Shown here in pieces: positions 29,815 to 31,760 of a DNA stretch of 31,760 bases. The stretch comes from a virus (taxonomy: Duplodnaviria; Caudoviricetes): positions 1 to 31,760 of the IMG/VR virus record IMGVR_UViG_3300012200_000013. One strand, written 5' to 3'. Positions within the stretch are counted from its first letter, which is position 1, and each line of letters starts with the position of its first letter. The notes under the pieces were generated by a model that did not search any database, was not told where the DNA came from, and saw only the letters and a program-made list of their open reading frames with translations. The translations under genes and the position numbers were made by a program.

Positions 29815-30555
29815 ATGAAAACAACTCCAGCAAAGATTGTGTTCATCGATATCGAGACTGCGCCGTCACTAGGGTGGGTCTGGGGAAAATGGGAACAGAA
29901 TGTCATCGACTTTAAGCGGGACTGGTATATGCTAAGTTTCGCTTACAAGGTGATGGGCGAGAAGAAAGTAGTTACCCGCGGTTTGATTGATTATCCCGAT
30001 TATAAAAAAGACGTAGAGAACGACGAAGCTCTAGTGAATGATTTGTGGAAAGTGTTTGACGAAGCGGACATCCTGATCGGGCATAATGGCGACGCCTTCG
30101 ATATCCGAAAGTCTAATTCTAGATTTTTGACACACGCGCTTCCCCCGCCATCGCCTTACAAAACGGTCGACACACTGAAGATTGCACGCCGGGCGTTTAA
30201 GTTCGATTCGAATAAATTGGACGATCTTGGACACTATCTCGGAGTCGGCCGGAAGCTGCCACACACCGGCTTTAATTTGTGGAAAGGTTGCATGACAGGC
30301 GACCCGCAAGCCTGGAAGTTGATGAAGAAGTACAACGGGCATGACGTTGAATTGCTAGAGAAAATTTATTTCTTGATGCGAGCATGGGCCCCGGTGCATC
30401 CCAACGTTAATAAAGGTCAAGCGGCTTGTCCAAAGTGCGCATCAACACACACTCAGAAGCGCGGATTCAGTTACACATTGCTGCGTCAGAAGCAACGCTT
30501 GCAGTGCTTGAATTGTTTCGGGTGGTTTGAAGGCCCAGCAAGGAAGGCAGACTGA
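29815..30555 (+). CDS. RNase H-like (DEDD) 3'-5' exonuclease with C-terminal Zn ribbon
   Basis: FIDIET, GHNGDAFD, YNGHDV and CPKC..CLNC. Confidence 0.88.
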   Translation: MKTTPAKIVFIDIETAPSLGWVWGKWEQNVIDFKRDWYMLSFAYKVMGEKKVVTRGLIDYPDYKKDVENDEALVNDLWKVFDEADILIGHNGDAFDIRKSNSRFLTHALPPPSPYKTVDTLKIARRAFKFDSNKLDDLGHYLGVGRKLPHTGFNLWKGCMTGDPQAWKLMKKYNGHDVELLEKIYFLMRAWAPVHPNVNKGQAACPKCASTHTQKRGFSYTLLRQKQRLQCLNCFGWFEGPARKAD

Positions 30556-31112
30556 TGATAATCCTGGGGCTAGGTCACAAAGCACAAAACGGCAAGGATA
30601 CGGCAGGCGAAGCCATCAAAGCTTACTATGACGAGCAGAGAGACCTTTTGTTTCGACACGGTTTGTTTAAAACAACCGGTCTAAGAGTCAGCATCGTGAA
30701 GTTTGCCGCCGCATTATACCAAGAGTGTCGAGAACAGCACGGCATGACTGCCAAAGACCCCGTATTGTTGCAGAATGTCGGGATGCAGCGTCGCGAAGAG
30801 AATCCAGGTTATTGGATTGATAAAGCTTTTAAGTCTATTCCAACCGATACTGATATCGCGGTATTCACGGATGTTCGATTTCGTAATGAGGCGTTCGCTA
30901 TTAATTTGCAAGGCGGACATCTTATTAATGTCGTTCGGATGAATCAAGATGGCAGTCGGTTTGTTGCAACGGACCGTCCGGCTAATCACCCGAGTGAGAC
31001 AGAGTTAGACGACTATAATTGGGATCATTATATAGTTTCCAAGAGCGCCGCCTTGACCGGTGAGCAGGCCGTCACGATTGCAGAGTTTATCCGTGGATTG
31101 GAAAGTAAATGA
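30555..31112 (+). CDS. Deoxynucleoside monophosphate kinase
   Basis: GLGHKAQNGKDT, TDVRFRNE and HPSETELD. Confidence 0.88.
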   Translation: MIILGLGHKAQNGKDTAGEAIKAYYDEQRDLLFRHGLFKTTGLRVSIVKFAAALYQECREQHGMTAKDPVLLQNVGMQRREENPGYWIDKAFKSIPTDTDIAVFTDVRFRNEAFAINLQGGHLINVVRMNQDGSRFVATDRPANHPSETELDDYNWDHYIVSKSAALTGEQAVTIAEFIRGLESK

Positions 31113-31648
31113 GCAAGGCTTGGATTGAAACTTTCACCGGCTTGAAATTCGATATCCTGAATCCGAAGTTGAATCAGATTACAATCGAGGATATCGCGCA
31201 CTCGACTAGCATGATATGTCGGTTTGGTGGACATACGAAATATTTCTACCCGGTAGCTCAGCACCTTTACTTAGGAAGCTTTCTAGTTCCAGAAGAAGAT
31301 GCTTTGTGGTTTCTTCTGCACGACGCCAGCGAAGCCTATATCGGAGATATGACAAGTCCGTTGAAGCATCTTACTAAGGCTGGTGAGGCGTACAGGCCGA
31401 TTGAGAAGAACATAATGCGTGTCGTTTGTCAAAAGTTCAATCTCCCGGAGCAACAACCGGCTAGCGTACATGCCGCGGATATCGCAATGCTGCATGCCGA
31501 GAAATTGCAAATTATGGGTAAGGTCCCGTGGCATGCTGAATTGTGGGGCAGAATAATTAAGCCAGCAGATGTAAAGATTAAACCGATGTCGCCGAAAAAA
31601 GCCGAAAGATTGTTTTTGATGAGATTTGCAGAATTACAAACTAACTAG
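31109..31648 (+). CDS. HD-domain phosphohydrolase (YfdR/YfbR-like 5'-deoxynucleotidase)
   Basis: IEDIAH....CRFGGH..Y.VAQH, LLHDASEAYIGD and AD...L..E. Confidence 0.85.
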   Translation: MSKAWIETFTGLKFDILNPKLNQITIEDIAHSTSMICRFGGHTKYFYPVAQHLYLGSFLVPEEDALWFLLHDASEAYIGDMTSPLKHLTKAGEAYRPIEKNIMRVVCQKFNLPEQQPASVHAADIAMLHAEKLQIMGKVPWHAELWGRIIKPADVKIKPMSPKKAERLFLMRFAELQTN

Positions 31649-31660
31649 AGGAGAATTAAA

Positions 31661-31760
31661 ATGGCCGTAATGGATATACAGTACACTACAGTAACTTGTG
31701 ATAGTTGTGGAAAGACCGTGACATATCAAAACCCGAATCCTGATATGGCGGCTATTCTCA
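31661..31760 (+). CDS. Zinc-ribbon protein, N-terminus (truncated)
   Basis: GAGGAG RBS; TCDSCGK. Confidence 0.6.
   Translation, partial: MAVMDIQYTTVTCDSCGKTVTYQNPNPDMAAIL

Noticed and set aside
31109-31648. DatZ / 2-aminoadenine (Z-genome) pathway
   Set aside because: The HD protein looks like the common YfdR/YfbR-like type and no purZ is visible in this window.

Overview
Segment of a tailed dsDNA phage genome with two divergently transcribed arms that meet at a ~1.1 kb non-coding region (~17960-19050). The left arm (- strand) carries late genes: portal (truncated), terminase large subunit, a trypsin-like protease, small His/Lys-rich and Ig-like virion-type proteins, a GH108 lysozyme and a GIY-YIG-like endonuclease. 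It also carries a ~5.4 kb RNA-gene array (8444-13817) with 32 tRNAs covering all 20 amino acids. Inside the array is a phage-encoded RNase P RNA with a recognisable catalytic core but no P18 and a non-canonical specificity domain. The array also holds one CCA-ended tRNA-like RNA and about eight other structured intergenic RNAs that I cannot assign to a family. Many of the tRNAs carry compensatory swaps at the D-loop/T-loop elbow (A18.G55, A19-U56, U19-A56). Together these suggest a self-contained, partly orthogonal tRNA production system, which is the main candidate for an undescribed system here. The right arm (+ strand) starts with a long inverted repeat next to a wHTH/PriCT-like gene (candidate origin and initiator). 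It continues with many small early genes behind repeated TAGTAC-N4-GTACTA/sigma70 promoters, a structured RNA leader, endonuclease VII, an RNase H-like exonuclease, a dNMP kinase and an HD hydrolase. All structures were folded by eye and all family calls come from motif recognition, with no database searches.
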